From: an uncultured Pelagibacteraceae bacterium
GTDB lineage: Bacteria; Pseudomonadota; Alphaproteobacteria; Pelagibacterales; Pelagibacteraceae
NCBI GenBank assembly: GCA_902526115.1
Contig: CABZJV010000002.1
Coordinates: 1,271-65,270 of the forward strand
Reading direction: 5' to 3'
Length of the DNA: 64,000 nucleotides
The notes beneath the pieces are model-generated. The model searched no databases, was not told where the DNA came from, and saw nothing but the letters and a program-made list of their open reading frames with translations. The translations under genes were made by a program, and so were the position numbers. Every line of letters begins with the position of its first letter. Within the stretch, counting starts at the first letter, position 1. Shown in pieces: positions 28,163 through 38,855 of this stretch.

Positions 28163-29431
28163 ATGACAACAAATAATAAAAACATTCTCTATTGTTCTTT
28201 TTGTGGAAAAAGCCAGCACGAAGTTAGAAAACTAATTGCTGGTCCAACTGTGTTTATATGTGATGAGTGTGTTGAATTATGTATGGACATAATTAAAGAA
28301 GAAAGCAAAGACACTTTTGTTAAACATCAAGATGGTCTTCCTTCTCCAAAGGAAATTTGTACAGTATTAGACGATTATGTAATTGGACAAGTACACGCCA
28401 AAAAGGTGTTATCTGTTGCAGTTCACAATCATTACAAGAGATTAAATTATGAGAGCAAGACGAGTAAAAATGTAGAGCTATCTAAATCAAATATTCTTTT
28501 AGTTGGTCCTACCGGATGTGGTAAAACCTTATTAGCACAAACTCTTGCAAGAATATTAGATGTTCCATTTACTATGGCTGATGCAACAACTCTTACTGAA
28601 GCTGGTTATGTTGGTGAAGATGTAGAAAATATAATTTTAAAATTATTACAAGCCTCAGATTATAATGTAGAAAAAGCTCAAAGAGGAATTGTCTATATTG
28701 ATGAAGTTGATAAAATAAGTAGAAAATCTGAAAATCCATCAATAACGAGAGATGTATCTGGAGAAGGAGTACAGCAAGCTTTATTAAAAATAATGGAGGG
28801 AACAGTTGCTAGCGTACCCCCTCAAGGAGGAAGAAAACATCCACAACAAGAATTTTTACAAGTTGATACTACAAATATTTTATTTATTTGTGGAGGTGCT
28901 TTTGCAGGATTAGATAAAATCATATCTCAACGAGACAAAGGCACTTCGATAGGTTTTGGAGCTGATGTGAAAAAAACACAGGATAAGAAAACAGGTGAAT
29001 GGATGAAAACCTTGGAACCTGAGGATTTATTAAAATTTGGTTTAATTCCAGAATTTATAGGTAGACTTCCAATGATAGCTACATTAGAAGATTTAGATGA
29101 AAAATCTCTAATAAAAATTTTACAAGAACCAAAAAACTCGTTAATCAAACAATATCAAGAATTATTCAAGCTAGATGGGGCAAAATTAACATTTAAAGAT
29201 AATGCACTTAAAGAAATAGCTCAAAAAGCAATTAAGAAAAAAACTGGTGCCAGAGGCCTTAGATCAATTTTAGAAAATATTTTATTAAAAACGATGTATG
29301 AACTTCCAAGTCAAGAAAATACTGAAGAAGTAATAATAGATGCAAGTGCAGCCAAAGGGCACACACAACCTATTTTAGTCCATGCTAAAGACGACAGTAA
29401 ATCTAAGTCAAATAAGACATCAGCGGCTTAA
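28163..29431 (+). CDS. clpX: ATP-dependent Clp protease ATP-binding subunit
   Basis: CSFCGK..ICDECV zinc finger, [11 protein letters not shown] loop, TGARGLR. Confidence 0.98.
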   Translation: MTTNNKNILYCSFCGKSQHEVRKLIAGPTVFICDECVELCMDIIKEESKDTFVKHQDGLPSPKEICTVLDDYVIGQVHAKKVLSVAVHNHYKRLNYESKTSKNVELSKSNILLVGPTGCGKTLLAQTLARILDVPFTMADATTLTEAGYVGEDVENIILKLLQASDYNVEKAQRGIVYIDEVDKISRKSENPSITRDVSGEGVQQALLKIMEGTVASVPPQGGRKHPQQEFLQVDTTNILFICGGAFAGLDKIISQRDKGTSIGFGADVKKTQDKKTGEWMKTLEPEDLLKFGLIPEFIGRLPMIATLEDLDEKSLIKILQEPKNSLIKQYQELFKLDGAKLTFKDNALKEIAQKAIKKKTGARGLRSILENILLKTMYELPSQENTEEVIIDASAAKGHTQPILVHAKDDSKSKSNKTSAA

Positions 29432-29456
29432 TATCCTTAATAAATACTAAAAATCT

Positions 29457-29484
29457 GTTGCAATATAAAATATAATATCCATAT
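29457..29484 (+). promoter_or_regulatory. Candidate RpoH (sigma32) promoter upstream of lon
   Basis: GTTGCAA-N14-TCCATAT resembles the CTTGAA...CCCATAT heat-shock consensus. Confidence 0.4.
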
Positions 29485-29491
29485 TAGTTAC

Positions 29492-31108
29492 ATGGACGTT
29501 AAATCATCACTACCATTATTGCCTCTAAGAGACATAGTAGTCTTTCCAAGTATGGTGATTCCTTTATTTGTTGGAAGAGATAAATCTATTTCTGCACTTA
29601 ATGAGGTAATGAAACAAGATAAAAAAATTATATTGGTAACGCAAAAAAATTCTGAAATTGATGATCCTAAAAAAGCAGATGTTTTCACATATGGTTGTGA
29701 GGGAAGCATATTGCAATTGTTAAAATTACCTGACGGTACGGTAAAAGTTTTAGTCGAAGGAACAAAAAGAGTTAAAATTTTAGAATTTAGAGACGATGAA
29801 AAATTTATTATATGTGATTATACAAATTATAATGATATCTTATCGAAAGACGAGGACTTGTCTCCATTGGCTGCTACAGCTTTAAGAAGATTAGAAAAAT
29901 TAACATCTATAAATAAAAAAATTTCAAGTGAAACAATAAATTCACTTAAACAAATAAAAGACCCATCTCAGATAGCAGATAATATAGCATCACACATATC
30001 AGCCACAATTTCTGAAAAACAACAAATTTTTGAAACAAGTGACGTTAAAAAACGTATAAATTTAATCATTAAAATTATGGAAAATGAGACAAGTATTATA
30101 GGTGTTGAAAAAAGAATTAGAGGTCGAGTTAAGACACAAATGGAAAAAACTCAAAGAGAATATTATTTAAATGAGCAATTAAAAGCTATTCAAAAAGAAC
30201 TTGGTGAAATTGAAGACGGCAAAGACGAAACAGCAGGTTTAAATAAGTCTATAATAAAGGCAAAAATGCCAAAAGAGGTTGAAAAAAAATGCCTTCAAGA
30301 ACTTAAAAAATTAAAAAATATGAGTCCAATGTCTGCAGAGGCTACAGTAGTTAGAAATTATTTAGATTGGATGACTGAGCTTCCCTGGTATAAAAAAAGT
30401 GAAGTTAATATTGATTTACTAAAAGCCCAAGATATTCTTGATAAAGATCATTTTGGATTAGAAAAAATTAAAGAAAGAATAGTAGAATTTTTAGCAGTTC
30501 AAAAAAGAATGGAAAAAATTAAAGGGCCAATATTATGTTTAGTAGGGCCGCCGGGTGTAGGTAAAACTTCTTTGGGTAAATCGATCGCTAAGGCAACAAA
30601 TAGAGAATTTCTTAGAATGTCTGTTGGTGGAATGAGAGATGAAGCAGAAATTAGAGGACATAGAAGAACATATATTGGATCTTTACCAGGCAAAATTATT
30701 CAAATGATGAAAAAGGCTGGAACAAAAAATCCACTAATTTTACTTGATGAGATTGATAAAATTGGAAATGATTATAGAGGAGATCCATCTTCAGCATTAC
30801 TTGAGGCATTAGATCCAGAGCAAAACACAACATTCAATGATCATTACTTAGAAGTTGATTACGATCTTTCAGATGTGATGTTTGTTACCACGGCTAACAC
30901 ATTAAACATATTACCTCCTTTGCTTGACAGAATGGAAGTGATTAGACTTGCTGGTTACACTGAAGATGAAAAAATCAGTATTGCTGATAAATATTTATTA
31001 CCGAAACAAATTAAAGATAATGGTGTTAAAGAAAAAGAATTAAAATTAGACGATGATATAATTAAAGAAGTAATAAGAGGTTATACTAAAGAGTCAGGTT
31101 ATTTTTAA
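29492..31108 (+). pseudogene. lon: Lon protease, 3'-truncated (N-domain and most of AAA+; protease domain missing)
   Basis: LPLRDIVVFP, GPPGVGKT, GHRRTYIG, LLDEIDK. It ends ...GYTKESG-YF* where Lon continues VRxLER; 538 aa versus roughly 780-800 aa for full Lon. Confidence 0.88.
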
Positions 31109-31134
31109 AAAAAAATAACTTGAGAGGAAAAAAT

Positions 31135-32109
31135 ATGAATAAATTTTTTAAAATAATCGTTGTTTTATTCACATCTTTATTTTTAAGTTTTGCAGCAAAT
31201 TCAGTTGAAGTAAAATTTGGACACGTAGGTAAGCCTGGGTCATTATTTTCAGCTTCAGTTGATCATTTTGCTAAACTTGCTAATGAAAGATTAGGTAGCA
31301 AAGGTAAAGTATCTGTTTTTGGATCTTCACAACTTGGAAAAGATAAACAAGGTATGCAAAAAGTTAAATTAGGTACAGTCAATATGTGGCTACCTTCATC
31401 AGTAATGGCATCCATTCATGATGAGTTTGGTGTATTTGATATGCCATTTATTATTAAAAATAGAGCACATATGAATAAAGTTGAAAGTCAAGTGTTACCA
31501 GGAATGTTTAAAAATCTTGAAGATAAAACTGGATATAAAGTTATAGCAGTTTGGGAAAATGGCTTTAGACATATAACAAATAATACTAGACCAATTAATA
31601 CCCCCGATGATTTAAAAGGTATTAAGTTAAGAACTCCTAAATCAAAATGGAGAGTTAAAATGTTTCAATCATATGGTGCAAACCCAACGCCTATGTCATT
31701 TTCTGAAGTATTTACTGCTCTAAAAACTGGTACAATGGATGGTCAAGAGAACCCATATGCTCAAATAGCTAGTGCTAAATTTCAAGAAGTTCAAAAATAC
31801 TTGTCAATTACAGGTCACGTTTATACTCCTGCCTATGTAACAGTACATAAAGATCACTGGAGCAAACTACCTGCAGATGTACAAAAGATTTTAGAACAAG
31901 CTGCTCAAGATACTCAAAAATTCGTATATGAGGAAGCTGCAAATCTTGAAAAATCTTTGCTAGGAGTAATTAAATCGGCTGGAGTTCAGGTAAACGAAGC
32001 TGATAAAGATGCTTTTATTAAAGCAAGTAAAGGAATATATGATCAATTTGCATCAGAAGTTCCTACAGGTGGTGCGTTAGTTAGCAAAGTTTCAGCTTTA
32101 GCAAACTAA
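31135..32109 (+). CDS. TRAP substrate-binding protein DctP (carboxylate type)
   Basis: GAGAGG RBS at 31122-31127, signal peptide, ENGFRHITN, GIKLRTP, DGQENP. Confidence 0.93.
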   Translation: MNKFFKIIVVLFTSLFLSFAANSVEVKFGHVGKPGSLFSASVDHFAKLANERLGSKGKVSVFGSSQLGKDKQGMQKVKLGTVNMWLPSSVMASIHDEFGVFDMPFIIKNRAHMNKVESQVLPGMFKNLEDKTGYKVIAVWENGFRHITNNTRPINTPDDLKGIKLRTPKSKWRVKMFQSYGANPTPMSFSEVFTALKTGTMDGQENPYAQIASAKFQEVQKYLSITGHVYTPAYVTVHKDHWSKLPADVQKILEQAAQDTQKFVYEEAANLEKSLLGVIKSAGVQVNEADKDAFIKASKGIYDQFASEVPTGGALVSKVSALAN

Positions 32110-32129
32110 TAAAAATTAATTAATTTTAA

Positions 32130-32154
32130 TCAGGCCCTCTTTCTTAGGGCCTGA
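32130..32154 (+). terminator. Stem-loop between dctP and dctQ
   Basis: TCAGGCCCT-CTTTCTT-AGGGCCTGA 9-bp stem; weak U tail. Confidence 0.55.
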
Positions 32155-32161
32155 GTTAAAT

Positions 32162-32671
32162 ATGACATTGCAAAAATTTACAAATTCTTACGAAAGTTTT
32201 TTAAAAATAATACTTTTTATTATGATGGTTGCTCTAGCTGTAACTGTATTATTGGGAGTTTCTTTTCGTTTTGCTGGAAGTGCTTTAGTTTGGTATGATG
32301 AAGTTGCTGCAGTTCAACTTGCATGGATTACATATTATGGTTCAGCTTATGCTGCACTAAAAGGTGCCCACATTAGTGTACCGAGCATTTTTAAAGCATT
32401 TCCTTTAGGTTTGAGGAAAATATTTTTTGTACTTTCTAAAATTGTTGTTTATGGTTTCTTGATATTATTAGCTTATTATGGATATTTAGTTTTAACTCTT
32501 ATAACTGGAGAGACTCTTGTAACTTTGGAATGGGTACCTCAAACATTTGTACAATCAGTAATTCCAATTGGATCATGTTTATTTATATTGTCTGAAAGTT
32601 TAAGAATTCCAGAAGATTATAGAAATTTGGTTTTACAATCCACAGATATTGAGCAGACAGGAGATATTTAA
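32162..32671 (+). CDS. TRAP small permease DctQ
   Basis: 4 TMs, WYDEVA, GAHISV. Confidence 0.9.
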   Translation: MTLQKFTNSYESFLKIILFIMMVALAVTVLLGVSFRFAGSALVWYDEVAAVQLAWITYYGSAYAALKGAHISVPSIFKAFPLGLRKIFFVLSKIVVYGFLILLAYYGYLVLTLITGETLVTLEWVPQTFVQSVIPIGSCLFILSESLRIPEDYRNLVLQSTDIEQTGDI

Positions 32672-33954
32672 TGATAATTCTCACCATGTTTGCAGTTTTA
32701 TTATTTCTTCTATCAATAAATGTTCCTATAGCTATTGGGCTAGCAGTCACAACTATTATTGCAATGGTTTTAAAAACTGGAACAAGTTTTTTGATTGATA
32801 CTGCAATAGTACTGTTTGACGGATCAATGAAATTTCCTTTGATTGCTATACCGTTATTTATTCTTGCAGGCTCAATTATGAATAGTGCAGGCATATCAAG
32901 AAGATTAATAGCTTTTGCTTCTGCACTTGTGGGATTTATAAAAGGTGGTTTGAGCATGATCAATATTGCAACTTCAATGTTTTTTGCAGAAATTTCCGGA
33001 TCAGCTGTTGCAGATGTTGCTGCATTAGGATCAATTCTTATCCCAGCAATGAAGAAGAAAGGATATCCGGGAGCATTTGCTGCAGCTGTTACATCTTCGT
33101 CAGCATCTTTGGCAATTATAATACCACCATCTATTCCTATGATTGTTTATGCGGTAATGTCCCAAAGTTCTGTAGTACAATTATTTGTTGCTGGAATAAT
33201 ACCTGGAGTGATAGGTGGATTTTTTTTAATGCTAGCAGCATATGTAACAGCAAGAAGGAAAAATTTTCCAGTTGAAGAAACATTCAATATTCCAAATGTA
33301 AAGAAAACTGCAAAAGATGCAGCTTTAGCATTTTTACTACCAGTGATTATCCTGGGAGGTATTTTTGGAGGAGTTGTAACAGCGACAGAAGGCGCTGGTT
33401 TAGCAGTTGTGGCATCTTTAATAATTGGTTTTATCTACAAAGAAATTGATTTTAAAAGATTGTATGAGTCAGCGACAGAAGGAGCAATTCAAACTGCTTC
33501 AGTTATGTTACTAGTAGCTGCTTCTGTGCTTTTAGGTGAATTTTTAACTATTGAACAAATTCCACAAAAAGTTGCTGAATCAATTATAGATTTTACAAAT
33601 AACAAATATGCAGTTTTAGCAATATTAAATGTTTTTCTTTTAGTTATTGGTTTCTTTTTACACTCAGTAGCAGCAATTATTTTGACTGTTCCAATAGTAA
33701 TGCCTTTAGTTAACGCAGTCGGTATAGATCCAGTTCATTTTGGAATAATAGTGACTTTAAATCTAGCAATTGGTCAACAAACACCACCTGTAGCCAGTGT
33801 ATTAGTAACAGCATGTTCCGTTGCAAAAGCAGATATTTGGGACGTAACCAGACAAAATATATCTTTTATATGTGTTTTATTAATACTTTTACTTTTAGTA
33901 ACATACGTACCTGCTATACCAATGACTTTAGTTGAGTATTTTTATAGGAGCTAG
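32671..33954 (+). CDS. TRAP large permease DctM
   Basis: AIPLFILAG, ISGSAVAD, IIPPSIPM, TATE, IGQQTPP. Confidence 0.94.
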   Translation: MIILTMFAVLLFLLSINVPIAIGLAVTTIIAMVLKTGTSFLIDTAIVLFDGSMKFPLIAIPLFILAGSIMNSAGISRRLIAFASALVGFIKGGLSMINIATSMFFAEISGSAVADVAALGSILIPAMKKKGYPGAFAAAVTSSSASLAIIIPPSIPMIVYAVMSQSSVVQLFVAGIIPGVIGGFFLMLAAYVTARRKNFPVEETFNIPNVKKTAKDAALAFLLPVIILGGIFGGVVTATEGAGLAVVASLIIGFIYKEIDFKRLYESATEGAIQTASVMLLVAASVLLGEFLTIEQIPQKVAESIIDFTNNKYAVLAILNVFLLVIGFFLHSVAAIILTVPIVMPLVNAVGIDPVHFGIIVTLNLAIGQQTPPVASVLVTACSVAKADIWDVTRQNISFICVLLILLLLVTYVPAIPMTLVEYFYRS

Positions 33955-34737
33955 ATGAGTAAATTAATTAAACTAAATAAAAAAAATAATCATTTAGTTG
34001 AAGTTGTCATAAATAGATCAGAGAAATTAAATGCAATGACTAAACCAATGTGGATTGAGCTTGGTAAAATTTTTAAAAAATTATCTAAAAATAAAAATTT
34101 AAGATGTATAATTATTAGGGGTGAAGGTGGAAAATCTTTCTCTCCTGGAAATGATATTGGAGAATTTAAAAAAGAAAGATCATCATCTAAACTAGCAAAA
34201 TCTTATGGAAGGTATTTACATGGAACTTTAGGTGCGATATTTAATTGTCCAATACCTACAGTTGCCTTAATTGAGGGTATTTGTGTAGGAGGTGGATTAG
34301 AAATTGCGAGTTGTTGCGACCTAAGAATATGTGGAAAAAGTTCTCGTTTTGGAATTCCAATTAAAAGACTTGGGCTAACTATGGCTCCTAAAGAATTAGA
34401 GGTATTACTTAGTGTAGTCAGTTATTCAACTGCTATGGAAATTTTATTTGAGGGAAGAGTTTTTAGTGCACAAGAGGCTTTAGAAAAAAGATTAGTAAAC
34501 AAAGTTGTTGATGATAAAGATGTAGCAAAAGAAGTTTATAAATCAGCAGAACTAATATGCGAGGGTGCTCCTAAGGTAGCAAGATGGCATAAGCAATTTG
34601 CCAGAAATATCTTAAAAAATGGTAAAGTCACTGAAAAGATAAATAATCTAGGATATAAATGTTACGACACAGAGGACTTTAAAATTGGTTACAAATCTTT
34701 TTTAGATAAAACAAAACCAAAATTTAAAAATAAATAA
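33955..34737 (+). CDS. Enoyl-CoA hydratase/isomerase (crotonase) family, atypical active site
   Basis: KLNAM, FSPGNDI, GGGLEIA, FGIPIKRLGL, TEDF..G..SF. Confidence 0.88.
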   Translation: MSKLIKLNKKNNHLVEVVINRSEKLNAMTKPMWIELGKIFKKLSKNKNLRCIIIRGEGGKSFSPGNDIGEFKKERSSSKLAKSYGRYLHGTLGAIFNCPIPTVALIEGICVGGGLEIASCCDLRICGKSSRFGIPIKRLGLTMAPKELEVLLSVVSYSTAMEILFEGRVFSAQEALEKRLVNKVVDDKDVAKEVYKSAELICEGAPKVARWHKQFARNILKNGKVTEKINNLGYKCYDTEDFKIGYKSFLDKTKPKFKNK

Positions 34738-34740
34738 TTA

Positions 34741-35934
34741 ATGTCAGCAACGCTAAAGGGTATTCGTGTTTTAGAACTTGCACAAATTATGGCTGGCCCA
34801 ACTTGTGGATTATTATTAGCAGATTTAGGTGCTGAAGTTATCAAAATTGAAAAAACACCCTTTGGAGATGATACAAGAAACTTTCTTCCACCAGAAATAA
34901 ATGGTGAGTCAGCAGCTTTCATGATGATGAATAGAAACAAAAAAGGAATAGCTCTCAATTTAAAAGATAAAGATGGAATAGAAATTTTCAAAAGAATGAT
35001 AAAAAATTCTGATGTAGTTTTAGAAAATTTTAGAAAAGGTACACTTGATAAACTAGGTGTTGGATATGAAGTGATATCTAAAATAAACCCCAAATTAATT
35101 TTATGTGAAATTTCTGGGTATGGAAGAACAGGACCGTATGCAGATAAAGGTGGTTTTGATTTAGTAGCTCAAGGCATGAGTGGATTGATGAGTATAACTG
35201 GTGAAAGTAAAGAAAAACCACCAATGAAAGTTGGCGCTCCAATTACAGATATCACAGCTGGACTATTAGCTGCAAGCGGAATACTAGCAGCAATAATACA
35301 TAGAAACAAAACAGGTGAGGGTCAAAAAGTAGATACATCTTTATTTGAGGCGGGAATAGTTCACACTTATTGGCAATCTGCAATTGCAGGAGCAACCGGT
35401 GAGTCACCTGGTCCTTTAGGTTCGGCACATCCTTTAACAGCTCCTTATCAGGCTTTTAAAACTAAAGATAAGTGGATAACTATTGGAGCTTCAAACCAAA
35501 ATACCTGGCTCAAACTAATAAAAGCTATTGATAGAGAAGATCTCCAACAAAATGAAAAATTCTCGTCAAATTTAAATAGAAAAAAAAATTTAACAGAACT
35601 AGTTGAAATATTAACTACAGTGCTTTCTAAAAAAACTTCATCAGAGTGGTTAAAGATATTTGATGATAATGGTTTCCCTTGCGGCCCAATAAATTCAATT
35701 ACTGAAATGTTTAAAGATCCTCAAACAATTGATCGTCAGATGATTGTAGAGGTAGATAATAAAAAAGCTGGAAAAAGTAAAGCTGTTGGAATGCCAATTA
35801 AATTTTCAAAAAGTAACACCGAGAAATCAAAAGGTGCACCTAATCTTGGAGAACATACAAAAGAAATTATGATTAACTTTGGTTATAAAGAAAAAGAGAT
35901 AGAAGACTTTTATAGCAGAAAAATAATTCTTTAA
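34741..35934 (+). CDS. Family III CoA-transferase (CaiB/BaiF)
   Basis: RVLELAQIMAGP, LADLGAEVIKIE, NRNKK, ISGYGRTGPY, catalytic Asp in PITDITAG, APNLGEHT. Confidence 0.93.
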   Translation: MSATLKGIRVLELAQIMAGPTCGLLLADLGAEVIKIEKTPFGDDTRNFLPPEINGESAAFMMMNRNKKGIALNLKDKDGIEIFKRMIKNSDVVLENFRKGTLDKLGVGYEVISKINPKLILCEISGYGRTGPYADKGGFDLVAQGMSGLMSITGESKEKPPMKVGAPITDITAGLLAASGILAAIIHRNKTGEGQKVDTSLFEAGIVHTYWQSAIAGATGESPGPLGSAHPLTAPYQAFKTKDKWITIGASNQNTWLKLIKAIDREDLQQNEKFSSNLNRKKNLTELVEILTTVLSKKTSSEWLKIFDDNGFPCGPINSITEMFKDPQTIDRQMIVEVDNKKAGKSKAVGMPIKFSKSNTEKSKGAPNLGEHTKEIMINFGYKEKEIEDFYSRKIIL

Positions 35935-38834
35935 TTTACAGTTTCAAAAATCTTAAATAATAGTTCTGAAATATGTTTCCCCCTTTTTTTTGATAAGTCA
36001 GAGATTTGATGTCTACAACTAGTACCATTAGCAACTATAAAATCATTTCTATTACTACTATTTATACTTGGAATTAGTGAAAGATTAGCCATTTTTTTTG
36101 ATACTTCATAATTTTTACTATCGTATCCAAATGATCCAGCCATACCACAACAACTTGATTCAATCATTTTGTTGTTAATTTTTAATTCTGATAAAAGATT
36201 TTTAAGCCCATTCATTCTATCTTGAGATTTTTGGTGACAATGTCCATGAATTAATACATTTTGGTCAAAGTCGTTTATCTTAATATTCCTATTAATCTTT
36301 ATTTGATCTAAAATAAATTCTTCTAGTAAATAAAACTTATTTTTAATTTTTTCTCTATTATATATATTTTTTAATGACAAATATTCATCATTGAAAGTTA
36401 GTAGACAAGAGGGCTCAATACCAACAACTGGTAAATCATAATAATTGTTCTCTAAAATATAGTCGTTAAATCGATTTAACTCTGAGGCTGCTTTATCTAA
36501 TTGTCCATAAGAAATATATGTTCTACCACAACATAGCGGCCTACTTAGATTATCTTTACCATAACTAGGTATAATAGCTTGATAGCCAAATTTATTCAGT
36601 ACTTTTATAGAGTAAATTAAATTTTTATTTTCAAAATTTATATTAAATGTGTCGGCAAATAAAATAACCTTATTCTCAAAGACTGGCTGGGTATTATAAA
36701 TTTCTTTAAGAGCATCCTGGCTTTGAACTTCAGGCATTTTTCGCTCTGTTGCAAAACCAAATTTGTTAACTATAGTTGAAATTAATGGAAAATTTTTAAC
36801 TTTATTAAAAATAGGAGCTATAATTTTTAATAACCAGATAAGTCTTGGCATATCAGATATAACTCTATCCTTAATAGGCATACTAAATTTTTTATAGTAG
36901 TGAGAAAGAAATTCACTTTTCATTTTAGCCATATCAACTGACATTGGACATTCTCTTTGACAAGCTTTACAACTCACACAAAGCTCCATAGTTTCATACA
37001 TATCCTTAGATGCGAAAGATCCTTCAGGTAATTGATTGGATAAAGCCAACCTAAGTGTGTTTGCTCTGCCTCTTACCAGATCTTTTTCCTCTTTTGTAAC
37101 ACGGTATGATGGGCACATTACTCCTGAATCTAGTTTTCTACATGCACCATTATTATTACACATTTCAACAGCATCAGAAAATTGACCCCAATTTGACCAA
37201 TCGTAATGTGTGGTAATGTTGTTTGCCTTGTACCCAGATTTATATCTCATCAATGATCTATCATTAGATTTAAATGGTCTTACAATTTTACCAGGATTTA
37301 GAAGGTTTTTATTATCAAATGTATCTTTAATTTCCTCAAAAGCGTTTATAATTTTTTTACCAAACATCATCTCGTGAAATTCTGATCTAACTATCCCGTC
37401 ACCATGCTCACCAGAATGTGAGCCTTTATAATTTTTAACCATTTCAAAAGCTTCTTGAGATATAGATTTCATATTTTTAATATCTACATCAGATTTCATA
37501 TTTAAAACCGGTCTTATATGAAGTGTTCCCACCGATGCATGAGCATAAAACATTCCACTAGTATTATATTTTTTAAATATTTCTTTTAATCTTGCTGTGT
37601 ATTCAGCTAAATGATCCAGAGAGACCGCACAATCCTCTATAAAAGCTACAGGTTTTTTATCACCTTTCATGGACATTAATATATTTAATCCTGCTTTTCT
37701 TATTTCAAAAACTTCTTTTTGTTCAGATAAATTTGTAAAATAAGCAAATTGATTTTTCTTATTTTGATTAAGAACTAAATACTCAAGATCTTTAATTTTT
37801 TTTTCATAGATATTTTTTTCAGTATCTATAAATTCAACCATAAGAACTGCTTCAGGATTTCCTTTAATGTATTTTTTAATACCTCCTGCATACATAGGTA
37901 TTTCTCTTGCTAGATTTAATAAATTTTGATCCATTAATTCTACGCAAGTGGGTTTTAATTTTACAATTTCTTTTGCTAATTCCATGGCTTGGTGAAAATT
38001 ATCAAAGTAACATACACCAAGTATTTTATTCTTAGGAATTTCAGATAATTTTAACTTTATTTTATTAAATAAAGACAATGTTCCCTCTGATCCAACTAAA
38101 AGATTAGATGTGTTAAATCCATTTGGATCTATTAAATCTATATTATATCCTCCAACTCTTCTTTGGGTTGTAGGCCAATTATCCTTAATATCACTAGCAA
38201 CCTTTTGTCTTACGTCAATAAACTTATCAATTATTTTATAAAGTCTATCTTGGTTATTTTTTCTCTCTAAATAATTTTTTTCAATTTGATCAAATGTAAA
38301 AATCGAACCATCATCTAAGATTGCTTCAATAGCCATCACATTATGTACCATATTTCCGTAATACAATGATCTTGAACCACAGGAATTGTTAGCCGACATT
38401 CCTCCAATAGTTGCTCTGCTGCTTGTTGATACATCAACAGGAAACCATAAGCCATAAGGTTTTAAGTATTCATTTAAGTGATCAAGAACTACACCAGGCT
38501 CTACCCAAACGTATTTTTCTTCTATGTTGAGCTTTAAGATCTTATTTTGGTGTTTACTATAATCAAGAACTACACTTTCACTAACTGTTTGACCACATTG
38601 AGAACTTCCACCACCTCTAGCTAATAAAGGAATAGAATTTCTTTGTGAGTAATTCATTATGTTTAATACATCATTCGTATCTTTTGGAAGAATAACTCCT
38701 AGAGGTTTTATCTGATAAACAGAAGCGTCTGTGCTATATCTTCCACGTGAAAATTCATCAAATAAGGTTTTGCCACTTACTTTACTGCTTATTTCTTTGC
38801 TAATTTTCTGAATCTGCTCTGAACTAAAACTCAT
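35931..38834 (-). CDS. FAD-binding / Fe-S oxidoreductase (GlcD-GlcF-type fusion, YdiJ-like 2-hydroxyacid dehydrogenase)
   Basis: GGGSSQCGQ, GSEGTL, SGEHGDG, LNPGK, CNNNGAC, CVSCKACQRECP, CCG domains, HGHCHQ. Confidence 0.92.
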   Translation of the reverse strand: MSFSSEQIQKISKEISSKVSGKTLFDEFSRGRYSTDASVYQIKPLGVILPKDTNDVLNIMNYSQRNSIPLLARGGGSSQCGQTVSESVVLDYSKHQNKILKLNIEEKYVWVEPGVVLDHLNEYLKPYGLWFPVDVSTSSRATIGGMSANNSCGSRSLYYGNMVHNVMAIEAILDDGSIFTFDQIEKNYLERKNNQDRLYKIIDKFIDVRQKVASDIKDNWPTTQRRVGGYNIDLIDPNGFNTSNLLVGSEGTLSLFNKIKLKLSEIPKNKILGVCYFDNFHQAMELAKEIVKLKPTCVELMDQNLLNLAREIPMYAGGIKKYIKGNPEAVLMVEFIDTEKNIYEKKIKDLEYLVLNQNKKNQFAYFTNLSEQKEVFEIRKAGLNILMSMKGDKKPVAFIEDCAVSLDHLAEYTARLKEIFKKYNTSGMFYAHASVGTLHIRPVLNMKSDVDIKNMKSISQEAFEMVKNYKGSHSGEHGDGIVRSEFHEMMFGKKIINAFEEIKDTFDNKNLLNPGKIVRPFKSNDRSLMRYKSGYKANNITTHYDWSNWGQFSDAVEMCNNNGACRKLDSGVMCPSYRVTKEEKDLVRGRANTLRLALSNQLPEGSFASKDMYETMELCVSCKACQRECPMSVDMAKMKSEFLSHYYKKFSMPIKDRVISDMPRLIWLLKIIAPIFNKVKNFPLISTIVNKFGFATERKMPEVQSQDALKEIYNTQPVFENKVILFADTFNINFENKNLIYSIKVLNKFGYQAIIPSYGKDNLSRPLCCGRTYISYGQLDKAASELNRFNDYILENNYYDLPVVGIEPSCLLTFNDEYLSLKNIYNREKIKNKFYLLEEFILDQIKINRNIKINDFDQNVLIHGHCHQKSQDRMNGLKNLLSELKINNKMIESSCCGMAGSFGYDSKNYEVSKKMANLSLIPSINSSNRNDFIVANGTSCRHQISDLSKKRGKHISELLFKIFETVN

Positions 38835-38855
38835 TAAACTTAATTAATGGTTTAT

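Noticed and set aside
31081-31135. Programmed or sequencing frameshift in lon at the T5/A9 run
   Set aside because: No frame after the break resumes Lon sequence; the dctP RBS and ORF follow immediately.
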